This document shows, in pieces, positions 14,202-24,749 of a stretch of DNA of 64,000 bases. Made by a program: the position numbers and the translations under genes. How positions within the stretch are numbered: position 1 is the first letter of the stretch; the number at the start of each line of letters is the position of its first letter. Origin of the DNA: Atractiella rhizophila (taxonomy: Eukaryota); assembly GCA_021432655.1 (NCBI GenBank), contig MU271185.1, positions 62,001 to 126,000 of the forward strand, in the 5' to 3' direction. Under the pieces are notes generated by a model. It was not told where the DNA came from and did no database searches. It worked only from the letters and a program-made list of their open reading frames with translations.

Positions 14202-14801
14202 ATGCTCCCCCAGCAACCCATAAGAAGGAGATTAATGTCTAGCGGAAAATTGGTAAGTTCCTCTGCTCTCCTCCAATGAGACCTAACGCGAGCGTAGTTT
14301 GTCGACAAAGTCAAAGAAACGTTTTGGGTGAATGGCTTCAGCGCTTTAGGCAAGAAACAGCAACGACTAAAGGAGTCTATTGACGGGACGAGCCATGGGC
14401 ATTCATTCATGTGTAATCCTGATAGCATCTTCGTTGGACGATCGCTGTCAGATTCCACTCTTTTCACCTCATCTGAAAGCCCTCGCCCTTCTCCAACAAT
14501 CTCAGCCAGAGGGGTGCTTCCCCCATCAACCAGCAGTCTGATTTCGAGTTCTCCGCTCACCGCTGCGAAAAGAGAGGCGGACGATGGGATCGCCGATAGC
14601 GAAACCCCGGTGGCGCATAATCTGCGAGTCGATAGCCTGGGAATTTATGTCGAAATCGAGCACAGAGACCACTTTTTTACGTGGGACCAGTTTGAACAAT
14701 TTTTGCTGGACGAAAGAAATACGGCGCACCTTCCAGCCGACGATGTTGTACGTCGCACCGCTGACATTCTGCGAGGTGATTCTCTCCTCCCCACATTGTA
14801 A
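14202..14801 (+). CDS. Orphan protein C1 (cassette 1), 2 exons
   Basis: Exon 1 MLPQQPIRRRLMSSGKL|GTAAGT. Exon 2 FVDKVKETFW...ETPVAHNLRVDSLGIYVEIEHRDHFFTWDQFEQFLLDERNTAHLPADDVVRRTADILRG. Confidence 0.7.
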
Positions 14802-15319
14802 TATCGCTGATGAAAGAAAAAGAGAACAAGAAGGTTTAACACCAACAATGTGTTACAAAATCCACGATGTTACTTGATATCCCAAGACTATCCAAGATTC
14901 ACGCTGTAACTTCTGGCTGACTCTCGGCCCTTGTTGTTTCCTTTCATATTCAAGCGCCCCCCTGGGCGTTGTAACTAGAGCGAATTTGTTCTATGCGTGT
15001 TCATCCGCAAACACAGGGGTCGGAGGGAAAGTCTTAACCGGATCTCAACGTTATAGAAGTATCAAATGCCATGTCCAAAAACTATACAAAAAACGTTGAG
15101 ATGGGTGGACAGGTGCCTCAGTAACAGATCAAGGGCTTATCGAACTGCTTTTGCTGCCGCTGAGCCCACTCTGAGATCTCGTCTGCCCGCGTAAGAGACA
15201 GCAACGAGCTCTTCCTTCCCACCTCACTCAATCACAAAGAACAATTGGATTCTTTTTCTGTTTCTAACCACCTTTGAGTTTATCATACTGTTTATGACTT
15301 GTCGACGGACGGAGAAGAC

Positions 15320-15520
15320 GAGTTGACTGTGATTGTGTGGTCATCGGCCCTACTCAGCATCACTCTTTGCTCTTTCACAGCCTGCACAGTGGACTGGTTA
15401 TTCCAGACTTTCCATTAGAACGGTAATACATTATTTCTCCATATATCCGGAAGATAGCAGAGAGTACCAGCGAAAGTCTGTCAACTCTCCAATGCTCCGA
15501 CGCAGATAAGTTTCAAAGCA
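15320..15520 (-). pseudogene. Remnant of the 3' end of PLP1/TXNDC9 (cassette 1)
   Basis: gtgattgtgtggtcatcggccctactcagcatcact aligns with gtgattgtgcggtcatagatcccattcgtcgtcact at ~32133-32168. It translates KSDAE*GR* versus the intact DSDDEWDL*. Confidence 0.55.
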
Positions 15521-15848
15521 GCTTAGGGAGGCTGCCATCGGTTGCAACGTCCGTACGTCGATTTTGCAACTTGCCTTGATGAACGTTGCTCAGAGCACTT
15601 CAGGCTCCGTTAATCATTATCGCGGGAGGATTTATTCAGTCGCTGAAGCGCTTGAACGGCGTTATCGAGCATTGGAATGAGGTTTTTGTGATACTCACCA
15701 ATGGCGGCTTTATAATTTGCCTTAAAATCATTATGACGATGTCGTCAATGTGCAGGTACTATTGCAGGCTGTTGCACATACAGTTTTCGGGAAAGTGTGG
15801 ATCGACTATCGAGTACGATGAATGAAACATTCCCCATCAGCACAGCAT

Positions 15849-16214
15849 TCAAAAGTCGGTTCTATCTTGGTTCGTGTGATCGAGGTTCAGGGCAGGATTT
15901 GGCTCCTGATCTGTTGCTGTTGAGTTAGCTGGTTCGTCAAAATCATTTAAACAGTGTGCAAGCTTCCAAGATGGCGAGAAAGACATACGATAGCTCTGAG
16001 CGGTCCTGTAGGTCACTTCGTGAATGGCAGCGGCAATTGAGCTTCCAGCAGGGGCACGGTGAAGCGCCTCAGTCAGTAATTCCCAAGGAATAGCCCTGAT
16101 TAGTCGGGTGATGCTTCCATCTATCCCACTCAGCATTTCCTCTGGAATAGGGTCATTTGCTAGTGAAAAGAGAGGCCTGTGGATTAACGTCGGAGTATTC
16201 TGATCTTGACACAT
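15849..16214 (-). CDS. Orphan small protein A2 (cassette 2)
   Basis: MCQDQNTPTL...SSIAAAIHEVTYRTAQSY, a phase-1 GTATGT intron, then last exon PNSTATDQEPNPALNLDHTNQDRTDF*. Confidence 0.6.
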   Translation of the reverse strand: MCQDQNTPTLIHRPLFSLANDPIPEEMLSGIDGSITRLIRAIPWELLTEALHRAPAGSSIAAAIHEVTYRTAQSYRMSFSPSWKLAHCLNDFDEPANSTATDQEPNPALNLDHTNQDRTDF

Positions 16215-17261
16215 TTCTACGTTCCGAGACGGGACACTTCGCTTTACGAACGGTAAAGGTCAGATACTGAGTTGATGACAGAGATTAAACTGCGAAAATC
16301 GGTCGGGGGGAGTCTTCGAGAACCTACGGTGGGGTATTGATTTCTAAAGGTCGTGAGTCCTGCCTAGTTGAATTTGAGTGTTGAGTGGAGTTGCGACTTT
16401 GATCCAAATTATTCATTTTTTAAAGGGTAAGGTCTCAATGTGTCACCTCACGATCAGGCTCGTCTTGCGTTTGTGCGTACCTGCGACCTGTTCAACGACG
16501 GCTTTGAGAACGACCCTATCAAACTTCAATGGAAACTTGCACCATCTTGACACGCTTTGGCGCGGGAATACTTGCTGAGGACTGTTTCCTCATCAACAAC
16601 CAGGCGAGGCGGAGCCATTACCTTCGAAATTACGGCAACTTAGGTTGAAAGGCTCTTCCCAAAACATGTGCACAAGAGTGCAGTGTAGTCCTCCGTGGGA
16701 CCATTCATCATCAAAGCCAAGTTTTTTTCTTTTTTGGTCAGCATTCCAGCTCCAACCGTGAGACGTCAAGTATCACAAACGAATTAGTGCTTACTGCAAA
16801 TTCTTAACCATAAGTGATTATTGCCACAAAGTTCATCTGACATGAAACGGTAATATGTTCGGGTCAAAAATTGGAGGATACTGAATGTCTTCTTGTTCTG
16901 CAGAGAGAAACCAAACCGAAGGTTTCAAGATCGAATGAGAGGACACGCACACACACAGAGCCATCCGAGAGAAATGAGACACGCCGAAACTATTGTGAAG
17001 AGTCAGGAAAGAGAGCAGCCGAAGACGCATGGACGCAGTAATGAGTGACGGTTGAACGGCAGCGGGGTGACAGTTGAATGTCGGAGGGTTGAGCGTCGGA
17101 ACGAAAGAGACAAACAGACTAGTGGAGAAATGGTACAGATGATCGTTAACCCTAGAATCGATGGTAAAAGATCGAACTCACTTGTTTTTTGAGATTTATT
17201 CACAAGATTATTCAGATTTTTTTGATCTTTTATCAAGGAAGTATTGTCTTCATTTTGATGT

Positions 17262-17990
17262 TTCAAGGATGCCCTCCTGACCAAGGGTAAGCGATGGGGC
17301 AGTCAAGGCAAAGCAGCGAACATACCATCGTCCCTTTCAGTAAGAACCCTGTTAAATGCCCTCCCTAAAGCGCTCATGGCTTCCGCAGAAAGACCTCCAG
17401 CATCGGACGCAGTATTAGAAGCGGCGTATGTGAATATCCTGCTCAAGTCCTCCCTTGAGAAGCTAGTGACTATGCCAGCCAGGCTTTGAGCTAGTTTGTA
17501 ACTTGAGACGTCCGTCCCCTGTTGTGTAAAACTTCACTTACGAACTGTCGTAGACAGATTGCTAGTGTTCGCGTTACGCTCGGAGAAAATTCGCCTTCGA
17601 CCGCGACGTTGACGGCGAAGGTTTCTATGATTAGCTCGAGACGCTGGCATGTTTAGGTAACTGTTGACGGCGACTGGTGAATGCTGAGCGCCGAGCACTG
17701 GACTGCGATTGAAACGTGCACACGGAGTTTCAGACTGACGCAGGGGGTACGAGGACAGCAGGACGGTCTAGAGAACCCTCGTTGGTTTAGTTACGTCTGG
17801 TTTTTACCGCAAGGTGATGGAAGTAGGAGCAACTGCAAGCTTCAGGCTCCGGATATGGGCATTACCAAGGCTTGATGATGTTTATACTTTATAAGGAACA
17901 AGAAGAACGAATGGAACGTTGATCGAGGTTCCTTCACACGTCCAGAACGAGTTGAACGAATTGTCGTTCCGCATTTTCGTACGTTCGTTC
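17262..17990 (-). CDS. Orphan protein B2 (cassette 2), possibly damaged
   Basis: Manual translation of ~17325-17518 gives LAGIVTSFSREDLSRIFTYAASNTASDAGGLSAEAMSALGRAFNRVLTERDD|GTATGT. Upstream, QFVQLVLDV is followed by TGA (~17934). Confidence 0.5.
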
Positions 17991-18207
17991 GTGCGTCTCG
18001 TCCCACCTGTGCTACAGTACCAATTGAATCAGTCAGGGCTAAAGTGATTCGGACATTCGGAAGGAGACGAGGAATGAGACGAGGAATGAGACGTCTTCTA
18101 CGTCCGTTTTCGCATACTTAAAACTCCTGCACCATTACCCGAAATCTCTCAAGAAACTACTTCTCAATATCACATTATCACATCTAGGAAGAGAACTGTG
18201 GAAGAAA

Positions 18208-18766
18208 ATGCCAGATGTCAGACCGTGGTACATCCAGCGAGTCCACCAACCATTGAAAAGTGCCATTTTTTTCGGTGGGAAAATATTGGTGTGTTTTCCC
18301 CATCCGCTCTAGCACGCTGATGAGAATGCAGGTACTCGTGCCTTACGCTAAAGTCAAAGAAACGGTGAAGGACATCGCGCCCAGAGGGAGGAAGCAAAGC
18401 CAAACAAAGAATTCGGGAGAGGCGAGTGATGGATATCCGATCACTGCTACGGCTGCCTCCACGTCAGTTTCTAACGCCTACAACGCGACCGACAGCAGCT
18501 CCTTACCCGAGTCTGAAATTAACGTCGACGTCAGCAATCATCCCCCTGCCAGCGATACTCCAGTTGCACGCAATCTGCGTGTTGACGAACGGGGGATTTA
18601 TGTTGATATCGAGGGCCGAGAGCACTTTTTTACTTGGGATCAGTTCGAACAATTTTTGCTTGATCCAAGGAATACAGAGCATCTCCCTGCGGACGACGTT
18701 GTCCGTCGCACCGCCGATATTCTGCGAGGTAAATCTGCTCTCCCTCTTGATAGGACTGTTGGCTGA
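18208..18766 (+). CDS. Orphan protein C2 (cassette 2), 2 exons
   Basis: Exon 1 MPDVRPWYIQRVHQPLKSAIFFGGKIL|GTGTGT. Exon 2 VLVPYAKVKE...DTPVARNLRVDERGIYVDIEGREHFFTWDQFEQFLLDPRNTEHLPADDVVRRTADILRG. Confidence 0.75.
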
Positions 18767-19599
18767 TGTATGGAGCAGAAAATAAGAAAGCCAAGGCGTG
18801 AGCAAAGAAAGTTTGTCTATCGGCAAAGCGCTACACTACTGCCCCAGCTCCCTAAGTACCATATGTGTTCTGCGACTTTCTTATCGCAGAAGATTGTCAT
18901 GCTCCTGTGTACTTTCCATACCTCAGATGATCCACTGAAGTATGCATGGTCCTCATGGGATTCTAGAACCCGAGTTTTGTTCGTCGTTAACGATATTACA
19001 GTAAGTGTGACGCATGAGACAACCCTTCGTTATTTCTGGATATTATGTCAGAGTATTTTAAACAGCATTCTTCTAATAGATATGCGACGACCTCGTAATA
19101 TGAGAGTAAGAAGAAACAAGAAGAGAAATAGATGATGGGGTCAACAAGAATAGTGGGAGTGACGAACGCCGCATCTACAGGTATCGACCACTACGACGAG
19201 CAGTTTGCGATTCATGGAATGGCAGCTGTCTAGAATAAGAGTAAGAATACGTTTCGAGTGCTGAGCTGCAGCACCCTAAAGTAGAGGATGTTGCAACGAA
19301 GCACTCTACGATCAAGGCGACAGATCTGGGAACCATCAGGTGATATCGAATTGACGGTTCTCATCTCCCTGACTTGAACGTAGCGTAGGAAATAAGTAGT
19401 GTCCACCTACTACCATGAAAGCCCTCAACCTCAGCAGCACACCCCACTACACCATTTCGACCTCCTGTCAGGTAACTGCACTGCGTGTCGACCGTTGAGA
19501 AAGTGAGTTGACAAGAGAGTTAACTAGTTAGTCAACGAAACCATTCAGGATAATTATCGCTTTTCCTTATATCCTTCCTCAACCTTGACCTCTCCATTT

Positions 19600-20560
19600 G
19601 TGAGGCAGTCGTCCAGACACCAGGAGACTCCTATACATCGAGGGGGGATGCAAGAACTGAGGGAGAGGGCAGAGAGAAGGAAAGCCGTACCAACCTCTGC
19701 CCAACCTCGAACCTAGAGCTTCGGTCGTAAAGTTATGTTCCCAGGCAATCCCCTCTAACCCCAAGATTCTGCTCCGAAGTTATTCTCAGAGTCCACCATA
19801 TTTACTTCGTGAAAGGGGTAACTGAACAACATACTTATCCTTTGGCACTCCATCGATGAAGGTCGTGACGCATGGCGGCACTTCGATAAAGAGTTTTGTG
19901 ACAAGGAAAGGGGTATGCAGGACGTTGATTTTGAGAAACAGAGTGCGGGCTTGCTTTTGAGCTAGTTTCTGGTCCTGCCTTTTAATAGCTGAGCAACTGA
20001 GCATACGTAGACAAAATGAGGCGTACTCGTAGTGCATATCCACAACATTACACCGCCAAAGATCGTCTTGACAAAAGTGTACGACGCAGAGAGGCGCTTT
20101 TCCTCCTTCCGTCACTCCCGTCAGCAACGTTTACAGACCAGCGTAGGCGAGGAGCAAATTACACAGATCGTTCCTTCTCCTGTTTCTCCTCCTTCATCTC
20201 AAAACGCCGGATGACTCGATGACTCCTCTCCTTCACAGCTTCAGCTTCATCCGTCTCAATCCACCCATGCTTTAAACCATTACATAACCCAATCATCAGA
20301 CGTCTGGATACGAAGTTCGAGGGAATAGTACCCACATCTCGATTCATTGCTCCCGAGTCCACGCTCGCATTCTCCCACCATCATGTGCATGCATATCATA
20401 TGCTTCTTCATCTATTTCCTTTTCCTGCTCTTCTGGAGCCCATGGTCGTCCTTGAGTTGCGGCCGTGAGCATTACTTGGTCGTTCGACATGCTTCGCGCG
20501 CAAGCAATCAGCTATGGTATCTCATTTAAAGTGTGATTTCCAACCATATAGGTAGTCATA
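19600..20560 (-). pseudogene. Degenerate copy of phosducin-like PLP1/TXNDC9 (cassette 2)
   Basis: KAPLCVVHFCQDDLWRCNVVDMH, KLAQKQARTLFLKINVLHTPFLVTKL and NFTTEALGSRL are collinear with the gene at 32145-33123. There are frameshifts near the N-terminus and the first donor site is lost. Confidence 0.75.
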
Positions 20561-20699
20561 TCTCTCTCAAGTTCTTACACATTCTCGAGTTTTGGACAGG
20601 CAGCCTGAACCTGGTCATGTCTCGTCATCCTTATCCTTATATATAAAGCACGACGGGTTTTGACCATGACTCACACATGTACTTTTGAGCCCTTATATC

Positions 20700-20970
20700 A
20701 CCGCCCACAACAGTCCTTTCAAAATTCTGAGCATACAGCAAGAATACGCGTGTCGGCGCCCTTCGAACCGTATACAGCAAAGCCCATTTGAAAGACGAAA
20801 AAAAAATTGTTTACCCCAACTGACTCATGTGACTTCTTGGTCCACAACAACACCCTCAAAATTCTGAGCATACCACCAGAATACGCGTATCAGCGCCTTT
20901 CCAACCATATACAATAAAGCTTATTTAAAGGACAAAAAATAGTTGTTTTCCATGACTGAGTCAAGTGACC
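20700..20970. repeat. Two tandem ~135-bp subterminal repeats in the Helitron left end (third copy at ~24325-24458)
   Basis: ccacaaca...aattctgag...agaatacgcgt..c.gcgcc.tt..aacc.t...ctga.tca.gtgac recurs at ~20706, ~20842 and ~24329. Confidence 0.85.
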
Positions 20971-21039
20971 GACTTCGGCACTTTGACAAAAATTTCCTTA
21001 CCTACTCAAATAAGGCAACAAGGTACAGAGTTTGCGCGA

Positions 21040-21104
21040 TGGTGTAGTTGGTGTATGGTTGGGTAGTTGAGTCTTGACTGTAGTGTTGGTGCGGGTTCGA
21101 TTCT
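21040..21104 (+). promoter_or_regulatory. tRNA-type RNA polymerase III internal promoter (A box + B box) inside the Helitron
   Basis: TGGTGTAGTTGG at 21040-21051 fits the A-box consensus. GGTTCGATTCT at 21094-21104 fits the B-box consensus. Spacing is tRNA-like. Confidence 0.5.
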
Positions 21105-21434
21105 CAGTCATGTCACATTTTGTCACTGCCAAATCCTATTGTGTTTGCAAACTGCGTGCCCGCAATTTCTAATTCCTACAGAGCTTTCTGAGACTTCTCA
21201 TCTCATGTCATGTGCCAAAAACTGTTCTTTGCCAACTAGGAGGGAAAGTGAGCAAGCATTCATGCAAGTGAAACAGTTTCTTTCACCATGAATATGCTTC
21301 CTAACAATCTACCATAGTATCCCTCAGCCTGTTAGCATCAAATCAAATCAAGCAAAAAAAGCATAGGTGTGTGGACTCTGGCTTATATATTCTTCACTCA
21401 TATCATTTTGTTATGTGCAGCAAGCTACACTCTC

Positions 21435-23999
21435 ATGCCACGTGCAATTCAGAGAAATCAAACAAGAAATCGAGAGCGTCGATCCAAACGGCATCAATGT
21501 CTGCAGCAGGAGGCACCACTATACCAGGGTCGACCTGTAAGAGAGAGGCAACGCCCTGCACATTTTAATCCTACTCCACCTACTCCATCTCAACATGAGA
21601 CAAGATCAACTAGGGCTCCACGTCAGTGTCAGCAGCACTGTCGAAGCTCTTCACTATCTATATCTTCACGACCAGCTCGACGACATTGGAGACAGCATTC
21701 ACCCTCCGCTAAGGAGTACAGTGAAGAAGAAACCCGATCATACCCATCCTCTCCTGATCCTGATGGTGTGGACAGTGATGAGGATAGGGCATTAATCCCA
21801 TTGTTGCGAGGCGAAATAAGGCAACATCACTATCCTGCATTCAACTACTCACCTGATATGGATCTTGAGGCACACCACCTCTCTACTTGGGGATTACTTT
21901 GTACACATTGCAAAGCCTTTGATTGGATGGAAGAGAAGATCGTTAACAGCCCACAACGAAATCCAAAGTTTACATTGTGCTTCTCCACAGCAAGGTGCTG
22001 CTACCTGTTCCTCTGCCTCCACTTGAAGAGCTACGAAAGCTTTTTACACATGACAATACAACAGGTAAGTATTTCTATTCAATTTTTTTGCATATACATA
22101 TCTGAGAGGAACAATCATTATAGAGTCAATGGCATTTCGAGAGCATATCAGGATATTCAATAATGCTTTTGCATTTACATCCTTAGGCGTCCGCCACGTA
22201 TCAATTCCTGGACATGGTCCCTACTCCTTCAAAATTCAGGGAGAGCTCTGTCACCTTATTGGCACTCTTTTACCACAACAAGAAGGGTGTGAAACATTTG
22301 CACAGGTCTACATTACAGATTCAGCTGTACAGACTGAACAAAGAGTTGGCAACACTTCAATATCACTGAATCGTAGGACGCTTGAAGACCTTCAGGCTAT
22401 ACTCTTCCATGTCAACCCATATCCCAGGATCTACAAATTTGTAAAAGAAAGAATGGAACAGGATCCCACTACAACACTACATCTTCGCACAGTCGCCCCA
22501 CGAGATAGGGACCCAAGACGCTACAACATTCCTGTAGCCAGTGAAGTTGCTGTAGTGAGGTAGGAGATGGTAACAGAGAAGAATATGGAGTGGCCAGAGA
22601 TATTGTCATCCAGCTCAGGGCAACCAGGACCGGTAGCAACTTACAGCATGTGAATGAGCTCAACTCAAATTATCTTCCACTTTGTTTTCCTCTTCTGTTT
22701 CCATATGGGGACCAAGGATGGCATCCGCAGATTCCGTATCGAGACCTGCCTGCAGATCTTCCTCCTCGCGAGCGAGAGCACTTCAATGATGACGGCATGC
22801 AAGTTGGTAATTCTGGGGTTCGACAATGTGTCAAGCCAAATGGAGTTCTATTCTTACATGTCGCATCAACGAAATGATATATTCTCACTCCCTCTCTACG
22901 GTGGTCGGCTACTGCAAGAAATGGTAGTCGATGCTTATGCTCAAATTGAGGCGAATCGACTCCGCTATCTGCTGTTCAATCAAGTCTATTCTTCGAGCCG
23001 AGTGTATCAAGGTCTTACGGATGCCCTTGCAGAAGGCTATTCTTCAGAAGATATCGGGAGGCGGACTATATTACCATCAAGTTTCACTGGCAGTCCATGT
23101 TCAATGAATCAGCTGTTCCAGGATGCAATGACTATAGTTGGTGCCAAAGGACCCCCAAATATCTTTACAACCTTCACTTGCAACCCACACTGGGCGGAGA
23201 TCACGGAAGCCGTCCTACCAGGACAAAAAACCAGAGGATCGACCAGATTTGGTTTCAAGGGTTTTTCGACTGAAGGCTCTGGAGTACATCAAGGATTTAG
23301 TGGTACGACAGATCTTTGAAAGGGTTATCAGATATGTCTGGGTCATTGAATGTCAGAAGATAGGTCTACCACATGCCCACATCATGTGGATGGCATCAAC
23401 GATCACTTGATTCAGTGGTTCGAATCCATAGGAGATCGGGTATATTATAGTACAGATCAAATTATAGATGACGAGGGAGATCTCAGAAATCGCTTCTCTG
23501 TCGAGTACCTGAATACCCTGGAGATCTCTGTATTCCCTCCGCATTGTTTACACCTCAAGACCGGTGTACCCATCATTCTTCTGCGAAATCTCAATCCATC
23601 TGCTGGCCTGTGCAACGGCACGCGGCTCATTGTCACCAGCTTCTCCGACGAGTCATCGAAGCAACCATCATTACAGGTACACACAGTGGCGAATCAGTTC
23701 TCATTCCTTGAATTGGCATTGACAGTGCAGTATCAAACCAGCTTCCTTTTCAATTCCGGTGCTTTTAATTCCCTGTGCGCTTAGCGTTTGCCTTAACTCT
23801 GAATAAAGTGCAAGGACAATCTGTTGGACATGTGGGTTTGTACTTAGAGTCTTCTCCTTTCTCTCATGGGCAGCTTTATGTTGGTCTTTCACGGGTTTCA
23901 AACGCAAACAATTTACGAGTATTGGTCAAAACAAAGCAAGGAGAAGAAAACAAGCAAACAGATAATGTAGTTTACAATGAAGTGTTACTCAATCACTGA
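21435..23999 (+). pseudogene. Helitron RepHel (HUH endonuclease + PIF1 helicase), disrupted
   Basis: Motifs are spread over several frames (ORFs 21369-22163, 22129-22563, 22590-22877, 22654-23319, 23138-23410, 23350-23784, 23775-23999). The HUH motif is joined almost directly to the helicase C-terminus at ~23390. Confidence 0.85.
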
Positions 24000-24257
24000 T
24001 CATCTCTCAGCATGTTCCTAACAGTATAGTCAAAAGCTGAAGTGGTTCTCCGAGGTACGAGGAGACCACTCAGCTTTCATTGTTTTTTGAAGACAGTAGA
24101 GTACATATGGTGAGTCTGTGCTCGCCGAAGGCGAGGCCCCACGCAGTGGCTGCCAGAGGCAAGAGCTCCACGCAGTGGCTGCCGGAGGCTGGGGTCCAAG
24201 GGGCGAAGCCCCTGGCGGGGGGGGGATGCCATAGGGACGAGGGCACTGACACACTTG

Positions 24258-24605
24258 TCCTTATATAAAAAGCACGACGGGTTTTGACCATGACTCACAC
24301 ATGTACTTTTGAGCCCTTATATCACCGCCCACAACAACCCTTTCAGAATTCTGAGTAGACCGCCAGAATACGCGTGTCGGCGCCTTTCGAACCGTGTGCA
24401 GCAAAGACTATTTGAAACACGAAAAAAAATGTTTTCACGACTGAGTCAGGTGACTTCTCCGCGAGAGATGAGGGCCACTCAGCTTGTGCCAGATAAACAT
24501 CCGATCGGAACGTCGGAAGCGAACAGCTTAGTTGCAGTTGCAGACTCTCACACCACCTCTCCCAACTGCACAATACGAGGGACTAGAAGCAGCCGCCCTG
24601 GCTAG
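24258..24605 (+). mobile_element. Short non-autonomous Helitron-like unit (second copy of the left end plus the CTAG terminus)
   Basis: TCCTTATATAAAAAGCACGACGGGTTTTGACCATGACTCACACATGTAC... is near-identical to 20634 onward for ~80 bp and clearly homologous for ~200 bp. It ends at CTAG|T. Confidence 0.75.
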
Positions 24606-24749
24606 TGCCATAAAATAACATACCGCTACCATGTATGGCGAGACGTCATGAGTTCGACTCCAAAGACGGTGAACAGTTTCCCTGGCTAGCCCAAACTTTG
24701 GATAGAGGAGGGTGGAGTGGTTTCTCGTGGGTCGTCAGGGGCTGAGAGG

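Larger units (their letters stand above)
20628..24605 (+). mobile_element. Helitron (rolling-circle transposon), internally deleted and frameshifted
   Basis: 5' end A|TCCTTATCCTTATATATAAAG at 20628 and 3' end CTAG|T at 24602-24605. Rep/Hel motifs: FREHIRIFNNAFAFTSLG, RTILPSSFTGSP, TFTCNPHWAEI, RPDLVSRVF, VIECQKIGLPHAHI. PIF1 C-terminus: PIILLRNLNPSAGLCNGTRL, AFALTLNKVQGQS, FSHGQLYVGLSRV, NVVYNEVL. Confidence 0.9.

Noticed and set aside
13370..14801. HD1/HD2 homeodomain mating-type pair (divergent B/C genes)
   Set aside because: No WFxNxR-like homeodomain motif in any copy, and the proteins are too short.
18064..18095. GAGACGAGGAAT tandem repeat
   Set aside because: Only ~2.5 units of a simple 12-mer with no spacers, so it is not CRISPR-like.
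21030..21120. Functional tRNA gene
   Set aside because: A and B boxes are present, but the acceptor and anticodon stems pair poorly.
20628..24460. LTR retrotransposon suggested by ~200-bp direct repeats at both ends
   Set aside because: The internal coding sequence is Helitron RepHel. There is no gag/pol, no TG..CA ends and no target-site duplication.
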